Source: Octopus bimaculoides (lineage: Eukaryota). Taken from it: 64,000 nucleotides of DNA. Below are positions 1 to 14,150 of this stretch, piece after piece (within the stretch, counting starts at the first letter, position 1; each line of letters opens with the position of its first letter). The stretch spans positions 136,284,565-136,348,564 of the forward strand of contig NC_068983.1 of assembly GCF_001194135.2 (NCBI RefSeq). Direction: 5' to 3'. Both the position numbers and the translations under genes were made by a program. The notes below the pieces were generated by a model that did no database searches, had not been told where the DNA came from, and saw only the letters and a list, made by a program, of their open reading frames with translations.

Positions 1-6
1 TACCCA

Positions 7-46
<40 letters not shown>

Positions 47-3000
47 GTCCAGTTACAAAGAAAGCTGTCAAAACTATAAATAAATGAAAGTAACCTTCTT
101 TATGAAGATAATGTTGTTTGTTTTTTTACTCAGCCAAAGTCTGCTTATAGCAGGAGATGGGTAGAATTGAGTGATTTGATTCTGGTATAATACTGGTAAT
201 TACTCAATAAAAGAATAAGTAAAAAGCAAGGTTAACCATTGAGAAATTTGAACCTAGAAATCAAAATGGCTATTGATCTCCTCCTCTGATTAACTTACAA
301 AAAATAATTTGTTAAAACAGAACAAAACAAAACGAATTTCTTTAATTAAAGAGACAACCAAAAAATTATATTGAGTTTACTGTTCAGAATATTTTCTGTG
401 GCCAAACAAAGCAGCTTATTTTAAATAACCAGGCAACAAATTTTTCAATTAAATTTTTTTAATACCTGAAACATCAAATGTAAAACATTTTCATGGTGAA
501 ACCTTCAAGGGATTAAAATACACTTAGAGCCAGAAAAAATGCTGTGTTATAAATACATATGCAAAATATATTTACATTTTCTGTTGTGCGTAACTATGAA
601 TATTTATTTCAATAGCAAACAACTACTTGTATTTTAAAGTTCTATAAAAAAATAATTAATTGCATTTTAACTTAATGAAGCTACTCTAATTAGAGAATTT
701 TTTTGCCTCTAATGTCCACAGGAATGTTCATATTTCCACAGTAACATAGTTTGAACATGTTTCCGTTAATTTTATATTATTTGTTAATTATTCTTAACAG
801 TAAAACCAACTAATATCATGTTAAGCATTTCTTGGCTTAACAAACCATTTATAGTCAGTTAACAATATTTTTTATATTTTTCATTCAATAGAAATCACCT
901 ATTTTCATTCTATGTATACACTAGTGTAAATGACTGTAGCTAACCTCCAACTGATTTTTAAGCTCACATATTTGCCAATGTAATAAATTCCTTTTAGATT
1001 TTTCCTACTTTAATACTTCAGATTTCACATTTTTACTCTTGGTACATACATCATTCCTGTTATTTTGTGTGGGATAGAAAAGGGAAAAAATGAAAAGTTT
1101 GTGTCTAAAAAAGAGATTAAAAGTAAAGATTCCATAAAATTCATGCATGCATATAGTGCTAGTGATTATCTTTCATACTGTATTAAATAGATTGTTGTTT
1201 AGCTCTATGACAGACTTGAATGATCAAAAGCATTCCAGACTTATAGAAAACATTCTAATCCTGACCATCCTATTAAGACAGTATTTTAAAGGATTTAATG
1301 AGAAAGCTACCTTTTAAAATAATAGACATTGGAAATATATGGAAAGAATTTTAACTTATAGTAAGTTACTTTTGGTTGAGTGGAAACTAAATATAGCTGT
1401 ACATTGATATCTTTGACTCATTGCTTCACTGAGAAACATGTGACAGTAAAACCAATCATACTGCTAAGCTGATTACTCAATAAAACAAACTGACTAATCA
1501 GAACAATACTTCGATGTGCTAGATTATTAGTGAGAAACAATACAACCTGTGGAGGATCTGAAGGAATTTATTTTTGAAGTAGCAGAAGTTTGTTAAGATA
1601 AAAATAACGGAAGATAAATCAAACTGATGGGAAAACAAGAGACAATTTTAAATGAAGTAACCCTTTTGACAAGGGTTTTCTATATGCTTGTATTTTTCTT
1701 AATAATATTAAGTAAGATGTTAAAAATTGTTTCTAGGAGAGGAATTATTATTGTGAAATTATTGTGATACTGTTTTTAAATCTTGCTATAGCCAGTGTTG
1801 TGTCCCTAGGTAATATACATTGATCTATTTGCTTCAGATTCCTTTCTTGAAAATAGATACCATTTTCACTTCACAGTTGAGTAAATATTCTGAAAAAGAC
1901 AGCTATAAAAATATTTACTGCAATAATTTGCATGTAAATATATAAATTTATATATTCCTTTTACCCATGATGACATGAAAAAGTAAATGTAATAAAGAAA
2001 CAATTTCATCTTACTATAAAATACACATTATTCAGAGATTATCTGTCTATAAAACAGAAAGTAAAATAGAAACAAACTTTTGGTGTCTTATATTCTGTAA
2101 TAATCATTATGATATAGAAAACCTTCCTGTCATAAAACAAGCCAAGGTATTAACAAGAAAAAAGGAACAAACTGAAAACCAGCTGTCAGTTAAGATTTCA
2201 TTTTGCTTATCTCTAGAAAAAATTCCTTTTAAGGTTATTGGTAGAGTTTCTGATGTTTCTAGCATAAAAGCTTTGTATTTTAGCATGAAACCCTAAAGAG
2301 CTTTTTGTGAGTGCAAACCAGTAGAATGTTTTTTAAAGTTACACAGAATGAAAATAATTTGGATTTAGTAACTTCCTAATACCAGTGAAAATATACTGTA
2401 TATCTCTGTATCAAATATATCTAAACACAAAGAGAGAATATAAAGATAGCATTGAAAAAATGGCTCAGTGTTGTTGTTTATGAAGAAACTACAGATTTCT
2501 ATGAGAAATTTTAGAAAGACACAGTTTCAGTTTATAAGTGCACTATGTTAGAAATATACCAATGTCATAAAATTCTGTGCTCTAACGGACATAAATAAAA
2601 TATTGATTTTCTTACATAGGCACAAAACTATCATTCACTGGGAAAGAAAATAAGATGGAGTTACATTTAATAGTCAATTTTATTGACGACACCTTCTTCA
2701 AAAAATTGAACTTGTGTTACAAAAAATAACTGTACATAAATGTGTATAGTGACTGTAATCCAATGACATATATACAGAAACACACAAAGTTAACAGGAAC
2801 TGTGCTCTCACCTCAATCTCCCATTTAAAAAAATTCTGCAGACTATATGGAACAATGGAAATGAAAGTGAGCATTTACAAAATTTTATTATGTCACTACA
2901 TTCATATAATAGTGGTGTTAAATGATGATTTCATGGGAATCAAATCGGTTTTATTTGTACTTTAATTTGAGCAGCATCTACAAAAACAGGTCAGATAACT

Positions 3001-3744
3001 TATTTTGATTTCAATATGAAAAGATTCAAACTGAATTGCAGTATCAATTGTTCGGCGTATTTAATTGTACAACTAAGGGTTGATACAATAAAATACCAGT
3101 CAATTACTGGGGATGATTTCATCAACTAACCACTTCCCTCAAATTTCTGACCATGTGGCTATTTTACAAATTATTATTATCATGTTTTCAACAGATTTTA
3201 TTTTCTGCTGCCCCTCCAAATATATTTCCATGATATTAAGATGTTTATAACATTGTCTTTTGGGAATGTAAAGTTGTGATTGTATATACATCATTTGTAA
3301 CTTAGTGTGAAATTTGGTTTCTGGTGTTATTTCATCTGTTCAAGCCAAATATGTGCAATGCTGATGTGACATTTTATTCAATAGCTTGTGTTTTGTATGT
3401 GTTGTGTGCTTGGTGTTATGTGTTTTAATGTCAGAGGACAATTGTGTAGAGTTATGTGCTATATGGGCTGTTACATAAATAGTAATGACTGTGTAGAATA
3501 TGAGTTGTTGGTGCTATAGTGGTATGTGTTGTGTTATTTATTAGGTGATGATTGTCCAGAGCAAGTATTGTGTTAAAATTTGTTGGTCATTGCACACAGT
3601 ATGTGCTGTATGAATTATATTTTTCATTGGGTGGTTATTGTATAGGGTATGTGTTGTGTGCAGTGAGTGTACTTATTATTATTGTTGCATTTTGATAAAT
3701 AAATAGTTGAAATCAAGATGAAAGAGAAAGGTAAGATCACCTAC

Positions 3745-3785
3745 CGCCTGTACACAAACAGTGTTCCTTCAATAGATGTTCGTTC
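3745..3785 (-). CDS. DCP1: Internal coding exon (equivalent to exon 2) of mRNA-decapping enzyme subunit DCP1, EVH1 domain
   Basis: Minus strand reads ttttttttctttcactctcag|GAACGAACATCTATTGAAGGAACACTGTTTGTGTACAGGCG|gtaggt: polypyrimidine tract plus AG acceptor, GT donor, 41 nt, phase 0 to 2. It translates to ERTSIEGTLFVYR(R), matching the conserved DCP1 motif (human DCP1A, from memory: W-EKTDIEGTLFVYRR-SASP, also a 41-nt exon). Too short for the ORF track. Confidence 0.9.
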
Positions 3786-6700
3786 CTGAGAGTGAAAGAA
3801 AAAAATTACATATAAATAATTGAGCCAAACATTATGCGAATACTGTTATACTTCAAAATGGCAGTCAATGACCTGGAAACATGTTAGACATCAGAATTTG
3901 AAGCAGAGGAAATGGGCTTTTCATTAGATCCAATTGAGAAATTTTGATTGATCTTATTTTTCTTATAGTATTTCTTAGTGATGTACATTTGGTGTGTGAG
4001 AAAATTATTCCCTGGAGTCACAGATTTACATAGTTCCTTGAAGAAATTTCATAAAATGCTATCCTCTTATATCTATCTATATACATTTCTACATTAATAT
4101 GTAAATTATCTAGCTATATTCATGTTACATATATTAATTTATATAAACTCTATAACTGGTATATTACCACAAATCTTCAGTGGCTTAGCTTGCTATGATT
4201 AACATGACTTCATAGCAATTCAATTTAATATTGCATAGTAGAGATCTGGATTAGATATCATAGAATTTAAATGACTCTTATTATATTTAATGGATGAAAC
4301 ATTAAAAATCTACATAGAAAAATGATATACAATGAAGAAATGCAAAAGTATACAATGATTAATTTTTCATTTTCATGTCAAGTACATGAGACAACTACAG
4401 ATATATTTCACCTTATCAACAAAGCTGTGATTAAACAATTACTAAATAAATGTACAAAAATGTTATTAAATAAATGTACAAAAATTTATGTTAGTATAGG
4501 AAAATAGAACTATTTAGAAATTTCAAAGCATTATAGTTTCAGTCTTTCTAGTTTCAGCTTGCTGAAATTAACTTGAGCATTTCACCTATTCACAGTTGAC
4601 AAAATAAGTACCAGTAATATACTGGTTTAGCTTGTCAATTATACCCTGTCTTACAAAAATTGAACCCAGTGCTTAATCACAAGAACTAAGTGTTCTTAAG
4701 ACATTGCACTTTCAAATGTTCTATATAATATTCTAATAAGTAATACATGCCTGTTTTTGTACCTGTTGACATTATGTTGGAGCACAAACAAATACAAAGA
4801 TATAGTCACATGTTTTGTATGTGAGAATCAATCTCCTCTTTTGATTCACTGAATTAATCCAATTAATTATTAAGAAAATAAACACACAGACTGAAGGTTA
4901 CTTCTATAAGACAATAACAAAGCAGAGAAATCTTGCTTTTTTATTTATAGAGTAAAACATTATCTACTGGAGATTGAAATTACTTCCTCAATGATAGTAA
5001 TATTCCATTATTGGTTTAACTTAGGTTTGGTGCAGGGAGAATCTACAGAAGCTAGTAGCATAAGAGACAATCAAATAATGAATATGGTGAGAGATTTTGG
5101 TTTATGCATAATTGATTTTTGCCCTAATATACAACCTGCTTTGCTACAACCATTTATAATTCTGATATGTGTGCAATATCAAAGTACCAATAGCTAGTGT
5201 ATGTGCGTCTGTGTACATATTAGAGTATACAACTACATATACTTAACAATAATAAATATTTAATTATGTTAAGGAAAGTAGTAATAATAGAACGCTGCAC
5301 TAAATGCCTTATTTATTTGGGTATGTTTCTTCAAATTTAGAGTTTGATTCCTATCAGTGTTGACTTAGCCACTCTTGGGCCAATAAAATAAGTTCTTGTA
5401 ATATACTGTGGTTGATTCAATCATCTGCACTCTTTCCTACAAATCTGAGGCATTGCGCCAAGATTGGAAATGAATCTCTAATTATATTAAATCAAACAAT
5501 TCTATTAACAGATCATATTTCATTTATAAACGAAGATTTTCTTTTGTAATGTCTAAAAATTATTGAATTATTCATTCATATCTTAGTTTCCTCTATATTC
5601 ACTCATTTGGAAACATTTTATGGATAAAGTCTAGACCATTTAAGTGAAAGGCCAAACATAAAAGAATCAAATTCACTTTTACATGGATTATGGGTTTAGG
5701 ACTCACTGTAAAGATCTCATTGTATTTTTTAACTGCTATTGTTGCAATCTACCTAGCCATAAAATCAACACCAATCCATCAAGACCTATGATTATTTTTT
5801 TCCTTTTTTGAAGCCAACATTCTAATTGGCTCATATATAAGTAAATGATATTTTAACTCCTACACAAAGAGTCTTGTTTGGAATATTAGTTTTCTTTTCA
5901 AGGTAAAATAATTTATTCCATTTTGTACTTGAAATTTGCTGACCTAGACATCATTAGTTTGCTTGAATTCTACTATTTTTCTTTAATAATTGTTTACAAA
6001 AATTATCTTTCACAAAAAGGTAATTTTTGTAAACATATAAGTATGGAGGAGGCCTGAAACATTTTGCAAAACCTTAATCATCTTATTATAATATACTGAA
6101 GCATTATGTTATTACTGATTCAATCAGCTAACCAGTATTTACATGAATAATAATATTGAACACCGTTGAACATTATGAAATAGAGAAAGAGTGAACTAAT
6201 ATTCTATGAAACTCAGAATCTCAGCAATAGGAATAATAGATAGTTTCTCTTTACATTAACCAGCCACCTTTCTTCAAAATATCTATATATCTGTCTGTCT
6301 TTAACAGTCTATCATCAAAACACTTACCCACCTCGCAATTTTTATTTATCTATTCATAGAAGTAATATGGTCAAATGGATAGACAATAAGATAATGGAGA
6401 GCCAGTTTGTTTATTGAATAGTTGTGCATGATATTCAATTCACTTAGCTTCAAGAATAGATATCAGATCTCCTGGGGACGACTAATTGTATTAGACTTTC
6501 ATCCTGTTTACAAGGACACTTATCTCTAATCAGTTTGTTAAAATGAAGTCTACATTGATCACCCAACAACCTATTCAGGATCATAGAATGTTTTAATTTT
6601 TATTTCATTCTAAACATTTTTGAAGAATAATCTACTTCTCTTTCCATAAGGAAAAACTTGAATTAAAAAAAAAAAAAAAAAAAATTCTAAATGAAATATA

Positions 6701-7029
6701 ACTAATTTCTATAAAGATATTGGTTTGGTTGTTGCTGAGTAAATCTAGTTAACAAAGCTTGAACAAATCTATAGTACAATAGTAGCAAATCAAAAACTAG
6801 GAATTGGATTTTAAGACATTTAATATCCAGCATATTGATTTGGACTGGACTTCATCATCTAAAAGAAATGCTAGTGCAATGTTGTCATAGCTTGAAATAT
6901 ACAAACCCCATTAGGGAGTTTGTAAGGAGATCTGGTTGCCAAGCTGAAAAGATCCACTGATATTCCAAAAACTTCTTTATCAGCTTGAAAAGTTTTGGTT
7001 TTTAGTGGTGAATAAGTTAAATTATTCTT

Positions 7030-7225
7030 TTATTCTTTTACTTGTTTCAGTTATTGCCGGGGTCACTGTCTTGAAGGATTTCATAGTTGATCAAATCAAT
7101 CTTGGTACTTATTTTAAGTCTAGGATTTAATCTATCAATCACATTTTTGCTGAACCACAAAGTTAGAGACATAAAAAATAAAAAAACATAGAAAAACACC
7201 GGTTGTTAATTGGTGAGAAACAAAC
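7030..7225 (-). mobile_element. Diverged SINE, same family as 32150-32345
   Basis: tattcttttacttgtttcag...ggtacttattttaag...ttttgctgaaccacaaagtt. Confidence 0.6.
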
Positions 7226-10200
7226 ATGCACACACACACACACACACATGTGCACGCTGGGCTTTTGCACAATTTCTATCAACCAAATTCACTTAGAAAA
7301 CATTATTCAACAACAGGGTATTGTAAAATGCATTTACCCAAGTAGGTTTGAATCTGGAACCATGTGCTTTTGAGGAAAATTTTTAATGAGTGTTTTCAAA
7401 ATTATTTTTAAAAATACATCAACAATGAATAAATAATAATTTTAAGATACAGAATGAAATTTTTTCATGTTTGTAAAATGACATTATAAATTGTGCTGTT
7501 GTTGTGTACAAGCTATGTATTGTCCGTTAATAAGCAACTGAAAATATTAGTTGTTTAATTATATTAAACTATTGTGATATTTTAATGAAATGTGATATCT
7601 TTACTGTGACATTTTTACCAATCCAAATTTACAACTTTTTCTTCTTTTAACTTTATGTTCATTCCCCAAAGATATGAGCAAACAATAAAAACAACTATGT
7701 ATTGTGATTTGAATATCATTCAAACATAGAAATTAATATTTCAGTACATAAGAGCAATTAAATGATGGATATTGCAGCACCATTGAAAGCTTCATTTTTA
7801 TGCTGTGCATCAAGGAACTCAACCATGTGGATATGTGGATAAATATCACCAAGTTATGCTATGGTGATAGTTATTCACACAAGGATTTACATATTGAATT
7901 AAGTCTGCAAGCTAAAGAAACATTAATCAATTACACAGTATTCTTGTTTCTGCAATAGTAAGCTTACAATGTCTATTTTCAGCTAGGTGGATTAGGCCAT
8001 TTGAGAGTTAAGTGCCTTTAAGTGCAGCAATGGAATGGGATACGAGCCACTGAACCTTTGGCTGTAATTCTGACAGTAGACGGGGAAATAATACATCATC
8101 ACAGATAAGTCTTAAACAACACATCACTTATATAAACATTTTATTTTCTATTCACACTGGCAAAACAGAAAATAAATAAAACAAATTATAACTTATTTTT
8201 ATTCATTTATTATTCTTTTTGTGTATGAAAAATTTTGGAGGTATATTAAAATGCTGAATGTAATTAATATTAGCACTTGCTAGAATAGACATGCTAAAGA
8301 AAGAGAGATGTGTATTTATAGAAGCATTTTTACTTAAAAGAGGAGAAAACCAGATTTATAAATAAACATTCTCTCCTACATTACACAAACAGCAGCCAAC
8401 ATAATTATGTATATCTTAGAAGGGACTAGTTGACAAGATTTAATTGGAGTAAAATGCCAGTAGATAATCATTTAATGCAAATATTACACTGCCACTGCTC
8501 CCTCTTCATTGTTATTTTGTTCTTGTTGTATGACTGCTGTTAAGTTTTATAGCCATTCATTCAGCAGACTATAGATAACAGATACCTTAGTTAAATGTTG
8601 AGTACAGATAAACTCACATTCTGCCTTACTGGTGATAGTAAATATATATAAGTACAGAAATAAAAAAGTAACCAGTTTGAATAGCATTCAATGCCAACAT
8701 CAGAAGATGCTGGTTTTTGAATTAAGAAGCTGATTTACCTGCTGCTTAAGAACCAATTTAGTTCACCTTTATATTTAAATTGTTCACCAAAGCAGTACAA
8801 TGTGTTGATAAACTTTATGAACAGTGGAAAAAAAATGAAAAGGTTCAGAGAAGGAAAAGAAAGAGACAAGAATAATAAAAAATATAAGGAGTTAAACATA
8901 TCTTTCTTCCCTAAATGTTTTTTCTGAGAATTGAAATATATTGTTAGAGATTATAGAAGTAAAAGAAATTGTTATAATAAAAAGGAGAAAGGAAGAAAAA
9001 ATTCCCAGATATTTAGAAATATCACAAACAGGAGTAGAAAACAAAGAAATAACATTTTTCCAGGTTGTAAACATGACAGAGAAATTTACTTATAACTACA
9101 AATACAATCTGATGAATTGGGTACTGGTGAAGCTTAGATGGTACAACGTTACTGGTGTCCAAAATAAAAAGCAGACCCAGTTTACCTCAAGACAGATTCT
9201 GACAGAAAAACCTTCAGGTTTTTACAAGTATTTTCTGTTTAAAACTCATACAGATTTAGTTATGGGGTACCTACAAGAGTGTAGTTTTGTTACCAAAGCT
9301 AAATATATATAATAAATAGATCAAGTGCCCACAAGTAAAAGATGTTCCTGAGATGATCTGCAATACTTAAACTTTAAAAGGTAATTTCAGCTGCTCTAAA
9401 TTTAATGCAAACAACTGTTCCAATTCAGTTGGTTTGATCAAGAAAATGAAACTTTAATTTCAGTGTCTTCATCTTCAGGCAAAAGGTAAAAAATAGGTTT
9501 TAAAGCTTAGGGGGAATTATAGTTTATATACCAGGAATATGGAAGTGAATAGCAACTCCAAGTCTTTAGTATTGCAACCTTTCCTGGAAAAGTAGGAAAA
9601 ATAACATCTAAATCTATCTAGCAGTGCAATCCATGTTAATACATGGGCAAAAGTGGATCTAAAATTGTGAAATGATAAAGACAAAAACAATATTTTGACA
9701 TATATAATGTAAGAAGTCTCCCTCCCACGCTTTCTATCTCCAAAAGCATAGCAGTTATAATAACAATACATCAGTTAGAGTAACTAAGTAAATTTTCTTT
9801 CCTTAAAAATATATTCATTTCATCAGTGCAGATATTGTTTCTTGTAATGGTTAGGATGTGTAAGTAGAACTTTTGAAAGTGATGAAGATCAACACTAGCA
9901 TCATTGTAAAATGAAAAAAAAAGAACAAAAGAAATAATGATGAGAAGGGCAACGATAAAATGATGATATAAATGCAGACCATATGATGATTATCATGAAG
10001 ATTGTCATGTCATCAATATCATCATAAGACATGTGAATCTAAATACGGACAGCATCAATGGTAACGATCATGATTATAAAGTTGATAATAATGAGGATAC
10101 AATCAAGGGAAGTTCTGCTAACTAATTTATTGCCAACTGCTTTTTTTCTTTCCTCCTCTTTATCTGCCACATGTATCTAATTATATTTCTTTAACATATA

Positions 10201-10289
10201 TCTAGCACAGTCTTACTCTACTTTGCCTTCTACCCACCATAACCCTTCAGGAGATTTTAATTCATTATTCACATTATTTATCAGCCATG

Positions 10290-11790
10290 TCAACTATCTG
10301 AAGTGATCTCCATCAAGCTTTAACCCTGTTTCACTCATATACTCTATTTCACAAACATTTTGATTCGTACAAGAAAAGCAGCTTTGTGTTTTTGCACCAA
10401 ATCTCCTCTCACCTATTTTTAGATGCTGACTGAGATTAAATTTAAAATTGAATGGTTCTGATCTGATTTGATCTGAGCTGATTGGTTTGGTCTGACTAGT
10501 TGTTACTGTTACTATGAAAAGATCAATCTCATCAACAGACTGCTGGATGGCTGGACAGATGGACAGCAGAATTAGCAGACCATACGAGTACACAATTGAC
10601 AAGACTTTTTTTAGTATACCAGTTGAAAACTCACCCAACCAACTTCGCTCACCATACAATGATCTGTTCTTGAATATGAGTAGCTGATATGCTGACATTT
10701 ACTGATTTACAGTTCTGTGTCATTAATACCTTAATTTTTTTCTGTTTTTTTTTTGTTTTTTTTTTCATCAATATCATTTAATTTCACTCTTATTGTTTGC
10801 TACAGCAAGGATCTCAATTTTTCCCATTGCTAACTAGTAACAGTGTTTATTTTGTTCCCTTTGTGATAACCTTCCACTGACCAAGCAAACATACAGTGGT
10901 AAATGATGGCAATTCACTTCAGTCTGACTAGAAATTACATTATCATCATATTTGGTCTCCAAATCACCTGTCAAAACTTCCTGTCTATGGGCTTCATTTG
11001 TCTCCTTTTGTGCATTGGTAACTTACTGTCAAAGCACACTACACTATCATGGCCTGCACCCACTCACTATCAACTCTGGTGTGCCTCAGTCTATGGTTTT
11101 GTTCCCTAAACTCTTCTTTTTATACATAAACTACTTACTTGCCATTACATCTCACCTTTTCCACTCAAGTGTCATCCACATGCAACCCTGACATCTCACA
11201 CAGAATTTCTACCAATTCCATTAAAACAGACTTTGAAAGTATCCTTGAACGGAGTCATACCAACGTTGTCCCTTTCAACAGCAAAAATAAAAACTGCTCA
11301 TGTCAAGAAAACATTGCTCTTTACCCTCTTTAACCAGGAGCAACATGCGATGAGAGCCCTTATGATTACTCTGAATGCTACATCACTGAAGATTTTTTAA
11401 GGTGAATGCACATCATTAACATAACTAGAGACTAAACCTTCTCTTTAGGACAAGAAAATTTTTCAGCTACAACAATTACCGACTCTCTTCAAAGCTTAGG
11501 TGAGACCCACAGTAGATAGCGCTCCCACACTTAGAATGATACTGCTGCTGTACACATATTTCTTAGAACACATCAAAAGAGCAAACATTTGATTGATTGG
11601 CATAAAATCACTTGAAGATATACTGCAGCTTCTGGTTCACAGACATAACATAATATTTTTCCTGCTTTTTCTATGGCTTCCCTTTGGCTACTACAATGGC
11701 ATCTGCTACTATGTGTCACTTCCATTCAGGTACTCTTGACTCACTCCATTTGTCACTTCCATTCAGGTACTCCTGACTCACTCATCTCTC
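10290..11790 (+). mobile_element. Degenerate, internally deleted CR1/jockey-superfamily LINE (endonuclease and RT remnants)
   Basis: ORF 10952-11191 contains INSGVPQSMVLFPKLFFLYINYLL, matching the RT motif SGVPQGSVLxPxLFLLYINDL. Downstream are TDFESILERSHTNVVPFN (like xDLxxIxxWxxxNxVxFN) and KA*VRPTV (like KAQVRPxxEY). Upstream HPT...DLFL resembles the endonuclease C-terminus. Many stops and frameshifts. Confidence 0.75.
11714..11783. repeat. 37-bp-period tandem duplication at the 3' end of the LINE remnant
   Basis: tgtcacttccattcaggtactc(t/c)tgactcactc x2. Confidence 0.9.
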
Positions 11791-14063
11791 CTCCTCTCAT
11801 CATTAATGTTATGTCCAACCTACACCAGCCCAACCAATTACTACACCCAGTCCATCCTTGCAAGACTGTCAACCCACAGAAATTCTTTTTCTGCTCATGT
11901 CTTTCCTGCAGGTGTTGACTCAAACAGTTAAAGCAGAACATTAACGTCACCAGCCATTTATCTCAGAAGACCTGAAAAGGCCAATGGCACGACCCTTTCC
12001 ACCAGATCAGCAAATGAAAAAAATAAATTAAAAGCTCGTGAGGAAATTAAAAAATTCCTTATCCATCTAGTCAAATCCTTAGATAAACCAGAAAAATTTC
12101 ATAAATGGTTTAAATTGTTACATCACTGAAAGTTGCTCAATAGCTTGAGTGAATTTTAAAGTCATAGCTTAATTAAAGTTTCTTATGAGTCAAAGTATAT
12201 AAGCAATGTTCTATTATTCCATTTACTAATCAGATTTTAATCATAATAATAGAATTTTTTGGACAATTTTACAACAGAAGAAAGTGGTGAAAAATGTATC
12301 TTTCATATATTTACATTGAACAAAGAAAAACAAACAAGAAACTTAGTGCTTTTCTAAATTTCCTTCCTTATAATCTCATTTACTAGTGAAAGAAAAGAGG
12401 AAGTCAATTCAAAACTAATTTTGATAATAAAGAATCATTAATTAATTTTTTATGAATTAGCAGATGGAGAATTTTGCCAGTAGACTTTATTATTATATGC
12501 TGTCTGTTTTCAGTGAGTGATATCTGATGTTCAGACAAAAGACAGCATCACAATGAAAATATAAAAAATAAGAAATAAATAAATAAAAAGACAAAAGATA
12601 CTAAGTATTTCAGTCAAAGGAATGTATGACTATATATAGTAAAAGAATAGCACATAAGAATTAACATTTCTCCAAAAACATGGTAAATAAATTAAGATGA
12701 TATCAAACATTTTGAAAGAATACAACCTCAAAATGATGATGATAGAATTGGTAGTAGTAATGATAATGATGATGATGGTGATGACATTAACTGGACACCA
12801 AAATTTATCAAGACTATCAGTTACAGTTAGTTGTTGTTGACCCTAGGTTAGCCTTGGTTAAGCAAACCTATGATCAAAAACATCCCAGCAGATACCATTC
12901 CATTTCTTTTACACAGTGATTTGGATAACATTATCTTAGGTATCCCTCTTTATAATAGTAGAATATGATTTCAAAGAGATTTGTTAGCTAATTCTAGGAA
13001 GGTGAATGAATACATATAAGGTTCCATGGGTAGGGTTGGGCTAGTGAAATCAAATATAATGTTTAGGAAAAAATTTAAAATAATTTTTACTAATGTTTCT
13101 AATAAAAGAAATCAAATTCAAGAATTAGTAAGACCTGAGATTACTGGGTTGGCATGTAAAATGGCAAATAAAATACATAAACCAGTTGAGGAAAAGGAAA
13201 CAAAATCTGTTAATTGATTTATGCAAGCTCTAGCTGCTTAATTGTAAAAGAGAGGTAAAAAAAATATATCACTCGGAACCCAAAGAAAGTTGACAGTTCT
13301 ACTTCAGATTTAAAAAAAACCACATTCAGAATGATGCAAAATGTGGAATGGCAGACCTAGGTAAATGTATGTTGGCATAAGAAATAGATTTGTCATTGTT
13401 AATTATAATTTTCAAAATTAAGCAGTTGACCACTAAAATTTAAATACATGCAAAATATTTGTGTGTGTGTGTGTGTGCATGCATGTGCGCACACATATAT
13501 GTACTAAGCTACCCTTGAGGCCACATACAATTGATATATCATTTGCTCTTACCATATTATTCACCCCTATTATCATCCATCACACTCTCTCATCCCTTCA
13601 ACTACAATTCTATTGTTCTTCTCAGCCACTTAGTTTTGAGAAAATGAGAATGGTGAGAGGCAACCCCTCTACTGTTGGTGCCATAAGTTTGTTAACAAGC
13701 AGAGATGTGAGGGTTTAGAGAATCCTTTAGTTTTGTGAAGGACACAACAGCCTCTCTTGTGTTACAACCATGATAAAATGCACCCAGTGTACTTTGTAAA
13801 GAGTGAGGTTGAGAGGAACCTTTCTTTAATGTTAAGGACGCAGTATCTCTCAAATGCTGGTATCAAAGTAAAATGCACCTAGTAAACAATGTAAAATGGT
13901 TAATGTTAGAAAGGGCATCCAGCTACAGAAACTAAGCCAAAAAATGAGACATAAGATGGTGCTTTGTAACCCATTAGAGAGAGCAGTACCTCTAAAAAGG
14001 ACTGACTTTAGATTGTGATGGTCTGTCCAGTCCAAGTCAATGTGGAAAGAGAATGTAAAATGA

Positions 14064-14065
14064 TG

Positions 14066-14125
<60 letters not shown>

Positions 14126-14150
14126 ATATATATACACATACACACACATA
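14064..14150. repeat. (TA)n(TG)n compound microsatellite
   Basis: Direct reading. Confidence 0.95.

Noticed and set aside
2670-3070. Possible Tc1/mariner terminal remnants
   Set aside because: Only a vague resemblance; no paired TIR or transposase motif found in the window.
4443-4490. Short tandem duplications (24-bp here; 15-bp at ~53150; 10-bp at 54711)
   Set aside because: Ordinary replication-slippage products with no further structure.
6326-6360. Minus-strand TGG|gtaagt donor as candidate DCP1 exon 1 end
   Set aside because: There is an in-frame stop five codons upstream of the TGG.
8941-9312. 123-aa plus-strand ORF
   Set aside because: No recognisable motif, no true ATG start, AT-rich composition, no clear splice context.
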